Source of the DNA: Camelus ferus | Taxonomy: Eukaryota | Assembly (NCBI RefSeq): GCF_009834535.1 | Contig: NC_045696.1 | Coordinates: forward strand, 117,554,001-117,618,000 | Direction: 5' to 3' | Length of the DNA: 64,000 nt | In this document: piece after piece, positions 11,850 to 26,809 of the stretch | How positions within the stretch are numbered: the first letter of the stretch is position 1 | How the letters are laid out: each line of letters opens with the position of its first letter | Program-made: the position numbers and the translations under genes | Notes under the pieces: generated by a model | What the model was told of the DNA's origin: nothing | The model's database searches: none | Seen by the model: the letters and a program-made list of their open reading frames with translations, nothing else

Positions 11850-14800
11850 TAAGTCTGCCGTGAACATCATCATACATAAAGCAATTCACATTTTAAAAAT
11901 AATATTTTCTTAATAGATATTCCCAGACATAAGTTTACTTGGTCAAAAGATATAAACACCTTTTTTTTTGTTCTAATATCTGATTTATGTTGCCAGAGTA
12001 TTTCCAAAAAGTGTTATATAGGTTTATATGCTACCATTTATGTAAGCAGAAACCATTTCTCAATGTACCCTTACTGACTTTGCATATTAACATTAAATTT
12101 TCTATTGGTTTTGCCTTCCAGCTTAGCAATCTATTCTCCAGCTCTTCTAATCTGCTCTTAAGCCCATCTATTGAGTTTTTAATTTCTCAGTTCTGGAATT
12201 TCCATCTGATTTTTATCATAGTTCCCAGTAACATGCCAAAATTGTCCATCTTCTCACTTAATTTCTTTATTAATCATGGATATTTTAAAGTCTGTTACTC
12301 CTGCATCCAGATCGCCTGTAGGTCTGTTTTTGGTCATTTTATCTTGTCTGCTGGTATGCCTGGTAATTTTATTGAATGCCAGATGCTGCATATGGAAACT
12401 TATAGAGATAATTTGAGCCTTTGGATGATCTATTGTCAAGTGATGTTTTACTTTAGCTTCTGACAGGTAGTTATGTAAGTGAGCTCTCTCTTGAATTCCT
12501 AGCTCTCTGGGTTCTTGGCCTCTCAAGCCCTCTCCACCTTGAAGCTCTCTGATGCCTTTAAACAAATATTTGCTAGATTTTATCCAGCTTTTCTACTTGC
12601 TCTCAGAGGATGAGCTGATCTAAATGAAAATACTCTGCAACAGCTGGGAATGTAAATCCCTGATATTCATTTAAAAAATAATTGATTAAACCAAAATATA
12701 ACATTTTTGTTTTAGTGGATATTCATTTGGTTATTAGTAAAGCTGAATTTATTTTATGTTTGCAAATGTGTTATATTTCATCTTTTGTGAAATGTGATTT
12801 TAGTCTTATTTCATATATTAGTTAAATGTGTTTCTATTCTTATCTCACGTACCAGTTCTCAGCCTGTGTTATTATGAGTTTGCATGAGCTTCTGTGTAAT
12901 AATCACATTAACCCTTTCTGTTATGTTTAAATAATTGCACCTAGGCTACTGTTTGTTTTATTGTTGCTTTAATATAATCAAATCCATTTTATCTTTCACT
13001 TTGCAATTAGTTACAGTATTCTAATCCTATACGAAACAAGTCCCTTTGGACTTTCTAAGGTTTGAGTTTTGTTAACTTACTATATGTGTGTGATGAGTGT
13101 ATAAATTGATGTTTTCAAAACTGTTAATCAGTCCACGTATTGTAAGACATTCTCTATTGATTTGTATCCTGAAATTACTGAATATTTAATTATTATACAA
13201 AACATAATTTATTTTGACAGTATATTTTGCCTCATTAATCTATGTATGTTGGTGCCTGTATCACATGGTTTTAAGTATTATAACTCTATAATCAATTTTA
13301 AAATTTGATAAGACTAGTCTTTCCTCATTATTCTTCTTTCTCAAAACTGATTTCTGCTATTCTTGCCTACTTTATTTTCCAGGTTTATGTCAAAATCAAG
13401 TTGCTCTCATCATTATCTCAAAATATGAAAAACAAGAGATTGTCATTAGATTCCTCATTAAATCAATACTTTGAAAAAATTAACAATTTAAAAATATGTT
13501 CTCTTTTAAACCAGAAACCAGTCTTTTGTTTAATTTAATATTTCCATGGCTCCTAAAAGCTTTATCTGGATAGGCAACATCTTTCTGTTTAAAACTGATC
13601 ATAGAACTTTGTATATCTTGTTGCTCTTATAAAGTTAATCTCTTTAAATGGCTATGTTTGAGTTCACGGTTGCAACATTTAGAAATACTCTTGATTTATG
13701 TTAATATTCATATGTCTTCACTTTTTATTAATTTATTAAGTCTATTCATATTTTCATTCCCTTCTTGGGGTTTCCAAGCTATAAAAATATTTCCCAGTAT
13801 ATAATGATAATGTTTTTCTTTTTTCACTCTGTATAGTCCTTCTTTCTTTAGTGTGTTTTATTATATTGATCAGGGCTTTTAACATAACATTTAATAAAAG
13901 CACTATGGCAAAATCATTATACCACATATACATTTCTAGTATTTTTACATTAATTTTAATGTTGACTCTTAGTTGAAAATATTTATCATCATATTGAAGA
14001 AACAGTTTATTTTTCCTTTTTACCATTGAATCAGGATAGGTATTAAATTTTATCCAATGCTTCGAAACACAGTCTGTTAAAGTAATCATTTACTTCTTTT
14101 CCTTATTTAACCTATTAATATGAAATATTTCGTTAGTAGAGTTTCTAATTTTGTAAACTTTTGCATGGCTTGAATACACATTACTTTCATTATTTTGCTA
14201 TGGTGAGTTCTACTGCATTAAAAACAGCATGTATAAATTATTTTTTGTTTAACATGATTTAATGCATAATTTTTCAGTACCATATTCCTTCACTAATATT
14301 ACATTATTAAATGACTATAAATCAGTCCTCTTTGTCTTTATTTACTGCTTTTTGACAGAAATTCTGCTTTGCTTAATATTCATTATTGTTATATCTGATT
14401 TAGATGTGGGCATGTTGCGCTGGAAAGTCTTTGCCCTTTTAAAAAGTATTTTCATGTCATTTCTTCTTTAAGTATGATTCTTTAAGCATCACCAAATCAT
14501 AAGACTTTCATTTTAATTTAATGTGAAGATCTTTCCATTTGAATGGGGAAATTTAAGCCATTTATACTTGTCATAATTTTTAAGCTTGATTGGACTTATA
14601 CATTCTTCTTTTCAATAACTCCTAATTGTTTTCTTTCCATCTTGTCTTTTGCATGAACTATGTTTTGTTTACTTTTATCTTCCACAATTACTTAAAAAAT
14701 ACTGTCTCCCATTCAACTAGTACCTATATTAAAAATTTCACAACTATCTTTAAATGCATTCTTATCCAATGATTTAAAGATAAAGCAACAACTTCTAATG

Positions 14801-14900
14801 TTTTTGTTTTTTCCATCTTCTCTTTCCACATTGTGATCATTAGTTACAGAATCTTCATTTAAAAATTTTAAAACTGCCTTTTCAGAATTATTTTGTTGAA
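11850..14900 (-). mobile_element. Ancient, degraded L1 (L1M-type) fragments
   Basis: Long T-rich, CpG-depleted tract with scattered antisense L1-like phrases. Boundaries approximate. Confidence 0.45.
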
Positions 14901-15151
14901 AACATTGCTTCTTTAGTTAAAAAAAAAAAAACCCAATATTTAGCCATCAGCATCAACTGCATTCCTTAGAAGCCACATGTTATCAAAAGGTTTTATAAAA
15001 ACAATTACTTCAAGGACAAATGGGGCTAAGGGCTAAATAGTTTCAAATACACAATAATGAGATAATTTTTACTACAGTCATTTCAATAATAATGTGCTTT
15101 TATATATCTCTTTTTAACTAAATTACAACTAATAAATGTTTCTATCAAAAC

Positions 15152-15238
15152 CAATGGAAAAGAATACATATGTATAAACGAATCACTATTAACACAACAT
15201 TGTAAATCAACTATACTTCAATACAAAAATAAATAAAA
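15152..15238 (+). mobile_element. Very short L1 3'-terminal fragment
   Basis: AATGGAAAAGAAT...AACACAACATTGTAAATCAACTATACTTCAAT plus an A-rich tail. Same family as 8300-8910. Confidence 0.7.
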
Positions 15239-17258
15239 TGATGAAACCATCTTAGATGCAATGACTGGGGCCTTGTTAAGAAAGTTACGGTGTATCTACA
15301 TAATAGATGACATAAAATATTATTTTATGCTATGGAACATGCTCATGTTACATTGATTAACCAGAAAAGTGACTTTAGTCATGATGTACAGATGTCGTGG
15401 TGCAGAATCCCTAGCTAACCAGAAAAGAACGTGTAACATGAACAAGAAATAAATCTATGTTGCTTTAAGTAAAAAAAAAAAAAAAAAACCTTTAAATACA
15501 GTTCTCAACAATTCTGACTCAGTAATGTTAAGACTTATGATGTAAAGTAAGACCAGATTTTAGACAAGGAGTTTCTAGGACCATAAAATAAATATTACAA
15601 TTTGCAACTATCCGAGGTGAGAAAAGGACTCTAACACCAAGCGAGCAACCAGCCATTCAAACACATTTATCCCAAATATTTTTATGGAATAACTTCCCTT
15701 CCACAGGTATAACTCCAGTTCTAAACAGCCAGTAAAATGCAAATGATACATCTTAACATATTAGTGATGTTATCCTCAATTCTATCCACAGAGGAAAAGC
15801 TCGCATGCTTTCAAAGTACTTCCACAAAATTCCCCTTTTCCTGTAAGCTTACGGAGTCAGCTTCTAGCACTTACAATGAAAGCAAAGGAGAAAACAAAAA
15901 AAGAACAAAGGAGACCATTTTTGTGATGCTCATATATTTCAAGTCATTGGTGCATAAGGCCCAAGAAGCCATCAAAGGGAAAACTCATGTCTGACCATTG
16001 AAACTGCAGAAATGTAATTCTGGCCAGGAGTAACAGTTACTCTGTGAGCACAGGCAACTCCTAAGGTATGTCAGGGCCAGCAACACAGAAGGCCACAGAA
16101 ACATGCTACAGTACATACGTGATGAAGCAGACTCTTCATTCCAATATCTGGAATATGCTTATTTCATATGTTGCTATTGTTGATACATAAAATTATTTTT
16201 CAGATGGTTTCAAAGCCTCTAAAAAAAAATAATCCAGTGGAAGAATGTGTTCATATATTGCAACTCATTCAGTGTCTTTGCAGAAGTCCCTTCAAATATG
16301 TATATTGGGATGGAAAAAACTAGCTTAAAAACAGTTTTGTTAAATGTCTGTTTTTCTAATTCAATGAATGATTTTAAAAATTAACTTCATTGTTTTTTAA
16401 TTTACCATCTGTTAACTCAATAAATATGAGTTCTTAAAGTTAACCTAATAGTCTTGAAATTTGCTGTTTTAGAAGCTGATTAAAGTTATTTAAATTAATT
16501 TTATTGTATATCCAGACTAGAACAAAGCATGTCTGCATTTGGATAGATCTTGGCTAATAATTTACAAATAAATGTGCCCACTTTTAAAATGGACTGATTT
16601 CATTTATGGTCCTTAATATATATCAGTCAACTTGTAGAAATACAGAGATGCTAATGTTAGGTAACCAAAGAGATACACCAAAAGTTGTAGCCATAGGAAA
16701 AACTGATCCAGTACAAAATTTTCATCAACTCTGTCCCTTGTCTAATAAAGAGGAAATGTGGAGCGAATATTAACTAGAATGCAATTTCTTTTTATCCTAC
16801 ATTCCTGTGGATGAGAGGTTTTCTATGCTTCTTTAAATACTGCCTTTCCTCTTGTCACAGTTTATTGGACTAAGTGTGGTCATGGACTCAAGTGGGACAA
16901 CTGATCAGACTCTTCCCTGAAAACTGTGAAGGACATTAAGATGGTCCTTTCTCTGGATGATTCAAACGGAACACCCAGGGCTCAAGAACAGCCGGCAACC
17001 ATGTTCTGCCACGTAACTGAGGAGAGGAGAGAGCTGGATGGCCACAAGGCAGAAAGACAAAGAAGAGATACAGAGAAAGAAGACTGACTGGGTTCCCTCA
17101 AGCATACCTGACTGGATTCTCTGAAGAGCCCCAGTGTGCTTTCCTCTTAGTGCTTAAGCTCAGAACCAGCTTCTATTACTTAGAGGTCAAAACAACTTGA
17201 AAAAATGCACAAGAGAGGAAATCCTCCTGACAGCAGTGATTGTTTAATCATGGAATCC

Positions 17259-17451
17259 AAACTACTATATACAGAAGAGATAAACAACAAAGTCTCACTG
17301 TGTAGCAAAAGGAATTAGTCAATAGCCTGTAATAATCTATAATGAAAAAGAATATGTAATATGTTTAACTGAACCACTATGCTGTACACCTGAAACTAAC
17401 ACATTGTAAATCAACTACTTTCCAATTAAAAACAAAATTAAATTTAAAAAA
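17259..17451 (+). mobile_element. Short L1 3'-end insertion with target-site duplication
   Basis: Similar to the 3'UTR of the 8300-8910 copy, with an A-rich tail. TSD AATCATGGAATCC (17246-17258) / AATCATGGATTCC (17452-17464) at a TTT|AA endonuclease-type site. Confidence 0.85.
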
Positions 17452-20400
17452 AATCATGGATTCCCAGGCTTTAACTCCTCCCTCTGCTTTCCTTTAGATG
17501 AGACGTCTTTAATTTTAACATGTATTTTATCTATTCTTTTCTTTTATGATTATTGCTATTTCGGCTTATCTAAGAAATCTTTGTCTATCTCCAAGTTATG
17601 TTAGGTTTGAAAACATAAAGCTCTAAAATCTATGGTTTTAACTTCTACAGTTACATCTATAATCCATTGCCAATGAATTTTTGTGTATGGTATGAGGTAG
17701 GGATCAGGGATTTTTGTTTGTTTTCTAGGTGGATGTCCTAGTCATTCTAGCACCATTTGAAAATATTTTCTTTAGCATATTGGGTTGATTTGGAGGAGAT
17801 TGAAAATGGGGAGGGAGAGCATGAGAGGCCACCTGAAACTAAACTACCGACTTAATACTAAACTAAGGAGGTAGATGTCTTTTATTTTACTATCTTATTA
17901 ATGAGTTTAAAAAAGCAATAGTGGCTTCTTCACTTAACAAAAGAATGGGTTGGCAGGCCATTCATCAGAATTCACTTTTTCCATGAAATTGCATGTAATG
18001 CACCTAAAACATATCTGATGACCAACAGTTAACTCAGTTTTGTGTTCTGTGCTGTTACCAGTTTACCCCTTTACACTGTCTGTATAATGCACATCTGTTT
18101 ATGTTCCAAACATTAACTGAGGTCTAGACTAGGACTTGTATTCATTAGATAGGATAGACCATAAATGCCCCAAAATATTAAATAAAACAAAACTGAAAAC
18201 AAAGTTAAAGTAGGATTCAGCTGCTGGTCCTGCTTATTTGTTTGTCCCACTTCTTTGCACCATAATTGGAGCTTTTATTGTCCTTCCAATTGCATAAACC
18301 AACTTCCAAGTCATCTTATGAAGATCCTGGAATAATAATATCATTGGGTTTGAGATGACCCCATAGGGTGAACGATCCTCAAAATCCATTGATTCTCAAT
18401 GTGCAAGTCACAGATGACCTGTATATACATCACCTTCATGGAACCCATGGAAAATGCTTAATATTCCTCCAAAACAGTGGGGTAAATGGATGAGGCAACT
18501 GGCTCAGGAGCTCTGACCACCCTAAGCCTTTCCCAGGTCCTGTTGGGTCACCCGGAAGGCTGAAGGCCTGGGTATCTCGGCACACTGGTTATCCTTTTGT
18601 AACATAGCAGTTCGGCTCATTCTCATCTAAGTAATTCTAAAAAATGCACAGAAGTGGATGGAAATCTGCAGTCTGGGCAGATAAGCATCCATTTCCCCTA
18701 TTTCGGGAAAAATTATTCCCAATTTCGTTTGGAGAACCATACCTCCCAGACTACCTGATTTGGGTCGGATGGCTACACTCGCAAGTCCAAGGTGGGCATT
18801 TGACCCAAGGCTGGTGAGTTGAAGAGCCACAGCCCTTGACCAGGGTGATGAATGCAGGGACGGGTACAAGAGGCAGTCTGGGCCAGCCACAGCCAGCTGG
18901 ATTCTTCAGCTGGAGACTTTGAGAAGGGGAGCTGTTTGTGCTGGGGTTTCTGTGTCAGCAGATCTGAAGCTTGGAGGGACTAGCTCACTCTAGTAAAGGA
19001 ACAACTAGGCTGAGAACGAAGTGAAAAAAGAAGAAAACAGAAACAAGAGATAGTTGGTGATACCTTATTTGAGCAGCTAGATCTAATTATGCCTAAAGCA
19101 GCCCTTAGACTGTAATTTCCAAATAATGTGTGTACGTGTGAGTATGTATGTGTAGGAGAGAAGAAACTATGAAACCAAGCCTTCTTTTCTGAGTTGGACT
19201 TACAGCCCAAGTTTCTCAAATCCCTGTGGATTGCTGGATCCCAGCTTGTTTCTCCTGAATCTGGATTTACAGATATGAAGTCAAGGAATCTGCATTTCAA
19301 ATAAGCATTCTATTTAATTCCCAAACACACTAAAGTTTGAGATCTACTGATCCCATTTTACAGCTTAGGAAACTGAGACTAATAAGGACCAGGTGTCTTT
19401 CCCAAGATCACTCGACAACACGTATTTATTCTAGGTACGTGGGAACTCTGGGTGAGAGCAAAGTTTCTTGCCCTCTTGGACATCACCAAACTAGCTGATA
19501 GTTATAGAATCAGAACTATGATTCCGTTCCACTCATTTTTCTTCCTGGTGACTTGATCTTCCCAAACGTATGCTCTAATACGTTTCTTCCCTACTGCAAC
19601 ATATTTTTCATCTAAAATGTGAACATTTCCTAATGGCCAAGATTTTACCTTGGGCAGCATTCATAGCATATAAAAACAGGAGGTACTTTAACCATCTTAG
19701 GTAAATGTTATGAGTGCGTAAGGTCTGGAATTTGCAAACAGTTCCACCGAAGTGATGGAGGAGAGGAAGCAGCAGAAAGGGGCAAATGCAGCCCCCATGC
19801 AGTTGTCACGCCCCACCCCCACCCGGCCGCTCAAGTCTCAAATAGTCTGGAGGTCTTTGAAGACTCTTGTTTTTGTTAAAAATTCATGCAAAACGTTGCA
19901 TTCAATTCCAGTATATGTACAATTCTTTTAATAGAAAAGTCACTTCTTCCAGAATCTTTCAGTAAAAAATAAATATTCCAGAAATAGAGGCCATAATTAC
20001 TCTCCCTGCTTTGTGTACCCCAGGCACACCAGTAGGACACCCTGGAGGGACTTGCTTCTAGCCCACTACATTCCAGTCAATTCATTTTCGATTCTTGTTT
20101 AATCCCAGGATTTCTTTTCTTCTAGTATAATCATGACGACAACAACATTAACAAAAGAAGCAATGGTTAGTCTTAATTGAGTGCTAACTGTGTTGAAACA
20201 CTGTGCATTTACCTAACTAGAGGAGGTGGGTACAATTATTATTCTCATCATAAGGATGAGGAAGTTGAGGCAGGAACTAGGGGAGCTGCTCAAGGTCACG
20301 CAGGTAGTTGAACCAGGATTAGAATCCAGACAGTCAGACCCCAAGGCTGCTTTGCCTATTTACATATCCATTTACTCTCAAGTTCACTCAAAATACTGTG

Positions 20401-21319
20401 ATTCGCTCACGCTGCTCCTTTGTATTCCTAACGCCTGGAACACATAAAACGGGTGAATTTTACTGTATAAAAGGGAGTTGCATAAAAACATTACAATTTA
20501 TAGAGCAAGTTGTTGAGAATTTAAAGACTTGCTTGTCCAGTGAGCTGAGTGGCTTTGAGAACCTGGAAGTGCCCCGGGGAACAGAAGCTACGGGAAACCA
20601 GTGACACACCTGCTGCAAGGGTAACTAACATTTATGGGAGTTACGGGAGAGTTGGGGGGGGGTTCTCGCAGACTGTGGAGTGGCAGGTGAGTATGACTTC
20701 AACACAGGAAAGGAGCTGGGAAAAATGTGTTTAGTGGACTCAATTTTTTTTTTTTTGTAATTGAAAAATTAAACATCATCAAGACAGTTTTGGGCACATG
20801 GTACAGGACAGCCTGAGTTATAATATCCTCTGATGGATGATGATAAAGAAACATACGTAAACTATACAAACGGGTCTCTAGTTTCACAGAGCCTGAGTGT
20901 ACAGTTTTAGGACCTGGTACAAGATCTATCTGTTTAGCTGACATTCCTGAATAAGACGGGAGGATTAGTTAAGTTTAGTCCTAGACAATAGATACTCTGA
21001 TGCGGGCTGATCTTTGTGCCCTGCACTGAACGATTTACGCATTTAAAAAAAAAAAACCAATCATATTTATCATACTGTGATTCAGAAACGTTACATATGA
21101 TCAATATGAGATCATCACGCCCTTGAAAAATAAACAGTCTAAGTCTAGGAAGCTTATAACAAACTCAAAATATATGCCCTCCTTTGAAAACTTTCGCTTT
21201 CTTCTCTTTCATTCACTAGCTCTGCAGATGTTGACTAGGAACTCCTTAAGTGGAAAGTCATGTGCTCTAAAACAGGCAGGGTCGTAAAGGGCTTTGCATC
21301 ATGGCTCAAATGGTTATAG

Positions 21320-22270
21320 AGAATCAGCTGGCGCTTCCCAGGCTCTGGCTTTTCCTCCATCTGCCACCAGAGCGATCTTTCTAAAGACATCTGGATGGTG
21401 CCACCCTCATCCTTATACGTGTCAATGACGCTCCATCTCATGCAGTAGGAGACATGTGACTTGTGCTCCTTAAGCTGATTTTGCCTGGCAGACATGTTTT
21501 CCCCCCACACTTGTATTTTAAAAGGTGAAGAAGTTTTCAACATTTAATATCCCAAATGTTTTATACAAATCTGAATCAGTAGCTTCTTTCTGAATGTCGG
21601 AAGATCCGACATTTGGCACCATGTGGCAACAACCATCCCATTCAGAGAATCTATTCTGATTGCCACGGTCCCTACCACTGCCTCTGGTCTCAACTCAGTC
21701 TGCTCTGTTCATTTATATTCAGGCTTGGACCAAGGTAGACATAAGAGTTCGCAATCCTTGATGGATGGGATAAGGTCTAAACTCTACAGATTATGTCTGC
21801 AAGGTCTTTCGCAATTTGAAGCTATCTGGTTTCATCTTTCGCAAAGACCCCATGTTCCAGCCACAGTGAATTCCTTGAAGTTCCCTAAAGGACATGCTTT
21901 GTCATCCTCAGGGTTCTTCCTCATCCTGGTGTCTCTGCTTGAAATATCCTCCCTCCACCTTCCTTTTCTACCTAGAGGAATCTCATTTATCCTCAAGACT
22001 TGGTTCAATTCCTCTATGGAACTTCCCTAAATCCTGCCAGAGAGTTAACTTGCTTCTTCTCAAGTGTTCGTACAGCATTCTGTGCCTCTGATAGCATTGC
22101 AATAACTTCTTTTTTTTTCTGTCATCCAATTGGAAATGTGTTTCTTGAAAAGGAGAACTCTTTATAAGTCCCTATCCCCAATCCTTAATAGGCGCCTGGC
22201 GCCCAGTAGGTTCACAATGACTGTTTCCTGAATGAACAAAAAGATGGATCAAGGAATGAATGAATACTTC
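21320..22270 (+). mobile_element. L2 LINE 3' remnants
   Basis: Pyrimidine-rich L2-like phrases ending GCGCCTGGCGCCCAGTAGG...TGAATGAA, a typical L2 3' tail. Probably interrupted. Confidence 0.5.
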
Positions 22271-22689
22271 CAAGAGAATTTTTAAATTTATGTTACAAGA
22301 TTTTGATGTTTACAATAAGGGAAGTAACTACTCAAGGCCAAATTTCAAAGTTTGATAATGATCATGACATCGTCAGATAACAGTTCTTAAAAGTTCCTGT
22401 TCACTGTACCCTGTACAGGAAAACAAGTCTTGAGAAAATAAAATGTGTGTAATGTTAGTAAATAGATAAAGAGTGACTCAAAGTTGACAGTGTGCCGCAT
22501 TTTGGTGGGGAGGGGTGGACTGTCCACATTCGGAGAGTAGATGGTGAGAGAAGTCAGCTCGCTGTAAGCCGGGGGTTCCTCTGGCACTGTTTATTCTGAA
22601 GAATGGGACATTTGGGCCACGAAGTGGCAGGAAGAGTCACTGAGCAGGAGGCTGTCATGCGGACAAGAGTCACTGTGAGTAGGGCAGTC

Positions 22690-23070
22690 CTTAGAACTGA
22701 GAACCACAGCTCTCCACTTTGGGGCATGAGGTAGGCTGCTCTATTTGGCCCTGATGTGATGGTTACAGGGAGTCACGTAATGAGTCCTGGATGATAAGTT
22801 GTGAGACTCAGTGATGTGTGTCACTTCTGGCCACAGTATTTAAATACCAGCCTGAGACCTTCCAGAATGCACTTTATTTTCCCCAGAGCAACATGAAACT
22901 CAAGACGGGAACTGTTCCATTAGCCTGAGGGGAGAAGACATGGAGCAGACCAGCTGACCTGCAGTGGACTCATAGCAGAACAAAGAAGACAACTTTGGCC
23001 ACTACAGGTCACTAAAAATCGGAACTGTTTGTTACTCCAGCATAACACAGCCTATCCTGACTAATACAAC
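22690..23070 (+). mobile_element. Old MaLR LTR (MLT1-type)
   Basis: GTGATGTGTGTCACTTCTGG...TGTTTGTTACTCCAGCATAACACAGCCTATCCTGACTAATACA terminal motif. Confidence 0.6.
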
Positions 23071-25169
23071 AGATTTGCTCTGTTTTGCTGCAAGTGGCAG
23101 AACTAAGACTGACGGCTGGAAGTTTTAGGGAGACTGATTCTTTGCAATGTAAGAAAAATGTAATAAAGTGAACAAAGGTGGAATGAACTACTTATGGTAT
23201 TACTCATTCACATTACTAATTTGTATTACTCATACACTGAACTCTACTCTGCAGTAAGTACTCTGCAGATAAAATCATTGCCTTTAGGGAGGTGAGCGGC
23301 GAGTTCCCCTTTTCCCTCAAGATGTTTGTATTGATGGCCCCTAAAGTTCTAACTCAACAAATTAACTTTAAAAATACCTCCCAACCTGGAACTGCAGGAT
23401 GTCTATTTCCTCTGGTCTAAACAAGTAAAAAAAAAAAAAAAAAGAGAGAGAGAGATCTTTTTAAAAGATGCCTTCAATTCAAATCATTTACTGATCCACT
23501 GAGTTGTCTTTTCACGTTTTTTTAGAGCTCCTTTGATTTTTTTAATCTTTTCATGTTTTAATGCCATTTTCCTGGCAAATAAGTTCCTTGCAGGCCAGTC
23601 CTCTTTTATTCCTCCTTTGCTTCTTTATCACGCTACTTAGTAGGCAATATTTTATTTTCTGTTCTCTTGGGAAAATAATCAGCTTTTGCCACTAGCTATT
23701 ATTATTGACCAATTGATATGTTTCAGATTTACTTGTCTTTCAACCATTTACATTAGGTTTGGACTTGTTTAAAAAATCTAAGAGCACAATTGTATTACCT
23801 TAATAACTTTCAGGCAAAATTCTTTTTTTTTTTCCTTCTGTACTATTGAATTTGTGGCCAATTACAATATTTCATTAACTTCTTAATCCAGTAAGTAGTT
23901 AATGTATTCCTACTATGCGCCAGGGGGCAAGGTTTACATAAAGGTTTATCAAGATATGTTACTTCATGCACTGTACCTATCGTTACCTAATTTTATATTA
24001 TAATAGGACCTACCAGCTCTCTGTACAAGACTACTTGTCGGGGGGACAAATTCACAAGGTTGGGGCAAAATGTTCCCTTGGTTAAATCAGACGGGCACAT
24101 CACACTTTAAATTCTGGGGGCTTAGTTGATAACTTGAGGTGGGGCAGATAAGTCAGAGTGTATAAGGTTGAAGAAAAACAATCTTTTTTTTTTTAATTTC
24201 CATTTCTGTTAAGCTTCATTTCAGGCTTTCAGAATTGGAGAATCAGCTGCCTGCTACAAGAAATTGCTAATAAGCAGTAATTAAAGACTGAGAATTTATT
24301 CTTTCCATTCCAAACCTGATGTCATTCCCAGATGGAGATCTTGGTACTAGTCAGGCAACTCAGCATTTTGGTAAATTAAGGCAGGAGGATTTGGTGTCTC
24401 TTGGATCCTGTGGAGATGGAAAGTGGTCCAGGAAGGAAAACCTGTGTTTTATTTTGTTTTGCCTATTGCCATTGTTCGTACCTTTTTTTTTTTTTTGCTT
24501 GGCTTCAGAATCAGGAGTTGAGGTGGGCACCTATGTCTTAAAAAATGAGGGGCTAGTTCTCTAAAAGAATGTTAATTCATAAACTTTCTATATTCTTATG
24601 TCTTTGGAGTTATCTCTGCGTAAAATGACAATCAACTGAAAAAGACGGATAAATTCCAATGAATTCGATACCCATTGATAGAAAAGAACGAGCATTAAAG
24701 AAGGCAGAGTGAATACAGGCGCTCCTCAATTTAGAAATACAGCACAGTTGATGTGCTGTTACAAGGACCTGAAAGTAGAATCAACCACTGTGTAAAAGAT
24801 AAAATAAGACGGCACGGATATCAGGATTTTCCCAGCGTGCTTTATTCATAAGCATCTGACAGAAGAGGACCTAACAGGGCTTTGAGGAAAAACTGAATTC
24901 TCAGCCCAGAGTCACTTTCCAGGAACTTCACTGCAAACAGTGCTCTGTGCTGGCGGGATAGAGATCTTAGCAATCTCCCTCCTGCTTCCATAGTTTCCTT
25001 CTCTCTAAATACAATTATTTATGGGGATTTAATGAGAGAGCAAGCCTTGTGTGAACGGAACTCAAGAAAGTGCAGCTTCTAAAAATACACAGAGGCGCCT
25101 CTACAGTACTTACTGTTACGAACTGATGTTTGGCAGTTCAAGCCATGAACTTAACAACTAAACACACAT

Positions 25170-25247
25170 GACACAGACACAGACACAGACACAGACACAG
25201 ACACAGACACAGACACAGACACAGACACAGACACAGACACAGACACA
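25170..25247. repeat. (GACACA)13 hexanucleotide microsatellite
   Basis: Perfect tandem repeat read directly. It produces the VSVSVS run in the ORF track. Confidence 0.95.
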
Positions 25248-26184
25248 CACAGAAAGTAAGGACTTTCTTTTTTCCTTTCTGCAATTCCCTTAACTTTGAG
25301 TAAACAGTAGTAATTTTCTGTTGTCATACTCAATGCGAATTTCCCACAGACAACACAACACAAAAGACCTGTTAGCTCCTTTAGAGCTGGGGTGGGGTGG
25401 GGGGAGGAACGGCAGGAAAAGAGGGCTAAGTTGACCGAGTTCCAGTTTCTCCTTATCCTGAACCTGCAGTTGCCCAGATCTTGCAGAGATGTTTGGAGTT
25501 TCCGTCCCCTTTTGGAAAGGTTCCCTCTCCCCTTCTTCTCTCCGAGTCTCCCGTCATTAAATCATCTCCCCTGGTCCTTTCCGCTTCCAGTTTTTTGGAG
25601 AAATTGGACCTCAGTTTGGGCGTCTTTTTCCAGTGGGTGAAAAAGATGTAAAGCGACCGACGGGAGAATATTGAACAAACGAGCAGGGGCGCGGCGCTGG
25701 GGTCTCCGAGAGGGCCCCCTCCTCCTCCTCCCGCCATGTGCTCCGCAGTTGGGGCGCAACGCCCCCGGATGGAGTGCTGAGAGGGGCTAGAGTGGGGTGA
25801 CGGGAGATGGACAGAGCAGGCTGTAAGGGAAGGAGGCCCTCTAGGAAAGATCATCTCGACCGAACACTGACAACAGAAAAAAAAAACTGGCCCACATGCC
25901 CCTAGTGGGGAGCGATCCACCCCACACAGGCTGGCTTGGGGAGGGGGGTGCGTCGAGGCCTCTCACCTGACTTCCTCCTCCGCTGGCACACGCTACAATC
26001 ACCCCTTTTCCCCCCACCCCCCCCAAAAGCCCAGCCAAACAACGAACAACAAGAGGAAGCCGCAGGCGGCAGGAGGAGGGGTGCGCGCGCTGGGGGCCCC
26101 GGAGAGGTGAGGGGGCAGGGTTGGCGGGCGTCTAGAACCGCGCCGCGCACCGCCACACGCACCCCCCCGGGCGCCCACACTTAC

Positions 26185-26600
26185 CCTTGCCGCTGGGGGT
26201 CGGGGTCTCTGGGGCCGATCGCAGCGCGCGCCTCTTGCCCGCCCGCGCCCCTCCGGCCCGCCGCCCCCCACACTCAGGCCGGCGCGCCGGGAGGGAGCCA
26301 GGGAGCGGCGCGCGGTGGCGGCGGCGGCGGCGGCGGCTCGGGCTCGGCTCGGCTCGGGCTCCGGAGCGCCCGGTGTGGCCGGCGGTCGCCGAGGCTCCAC
26401 CGCCAGGGGGAGAAGCCGGGGCGGGCGCTGGGGAGGCGGGCCGGGCCCTCGCCGCCCAGCCGGCCCGCCCGCGCCGCACACGCTCCACGGCGGCAGCGGC
26501 GCGGGGTCCGCCGAACCCCCGGGCGCAGCGTGCCCGGCCGGGGAGCCGCGGCTGGATGCGCGCCCGGGTGGCCGCGGGGTCCCGCGGGGGGCACCCCGGC
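26185..26600 (-). ncRNA. Candidate first exon of a divergent/antisense lncRNA (SATB1-AS1-like)
   Basis: Strong minus-strand donor AGG|GTAAGT (GT at 26184-26183) inside the CpG island. A head-to-head antisense lncRNA is known at the human locus. TSS not determinable from sequence. Confidence 0.35.
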
Positions 26601-26809
26601 TGCCCCGGTGCGCCTCCGGACTGCGGGCGCGGCGACCGCAGAGCCGGGAGCGGCTCCCGCCGGCCCCTTCCCCCTCCCGCCCCCGCCGCCGCCCCCTCCC
26701 CCTCCCCCCGTTAACATCTCCTCCCTCCACCCCCCCTCTTCCTTCCCTCGGCCCCGCGCGCTCGCTAGCTCGCTCCTCGCCTCGCTCTCCCCTTTAAACG
26801 CCCACTTCG

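Noticed and set aside
23916..23930. CTCF-like motif GCGCCAGGGGGCAA
   Set aside because: The match is imperfect and it sits in a phrase typical of L2/MIR remnants (CCTACTATGCGCCAGG). It is unsupported without ChIP data.
25151..25363. ORF with VSVSVS repeat
   Set aside because: It is the translation of the (GACACA)n microsatellite.
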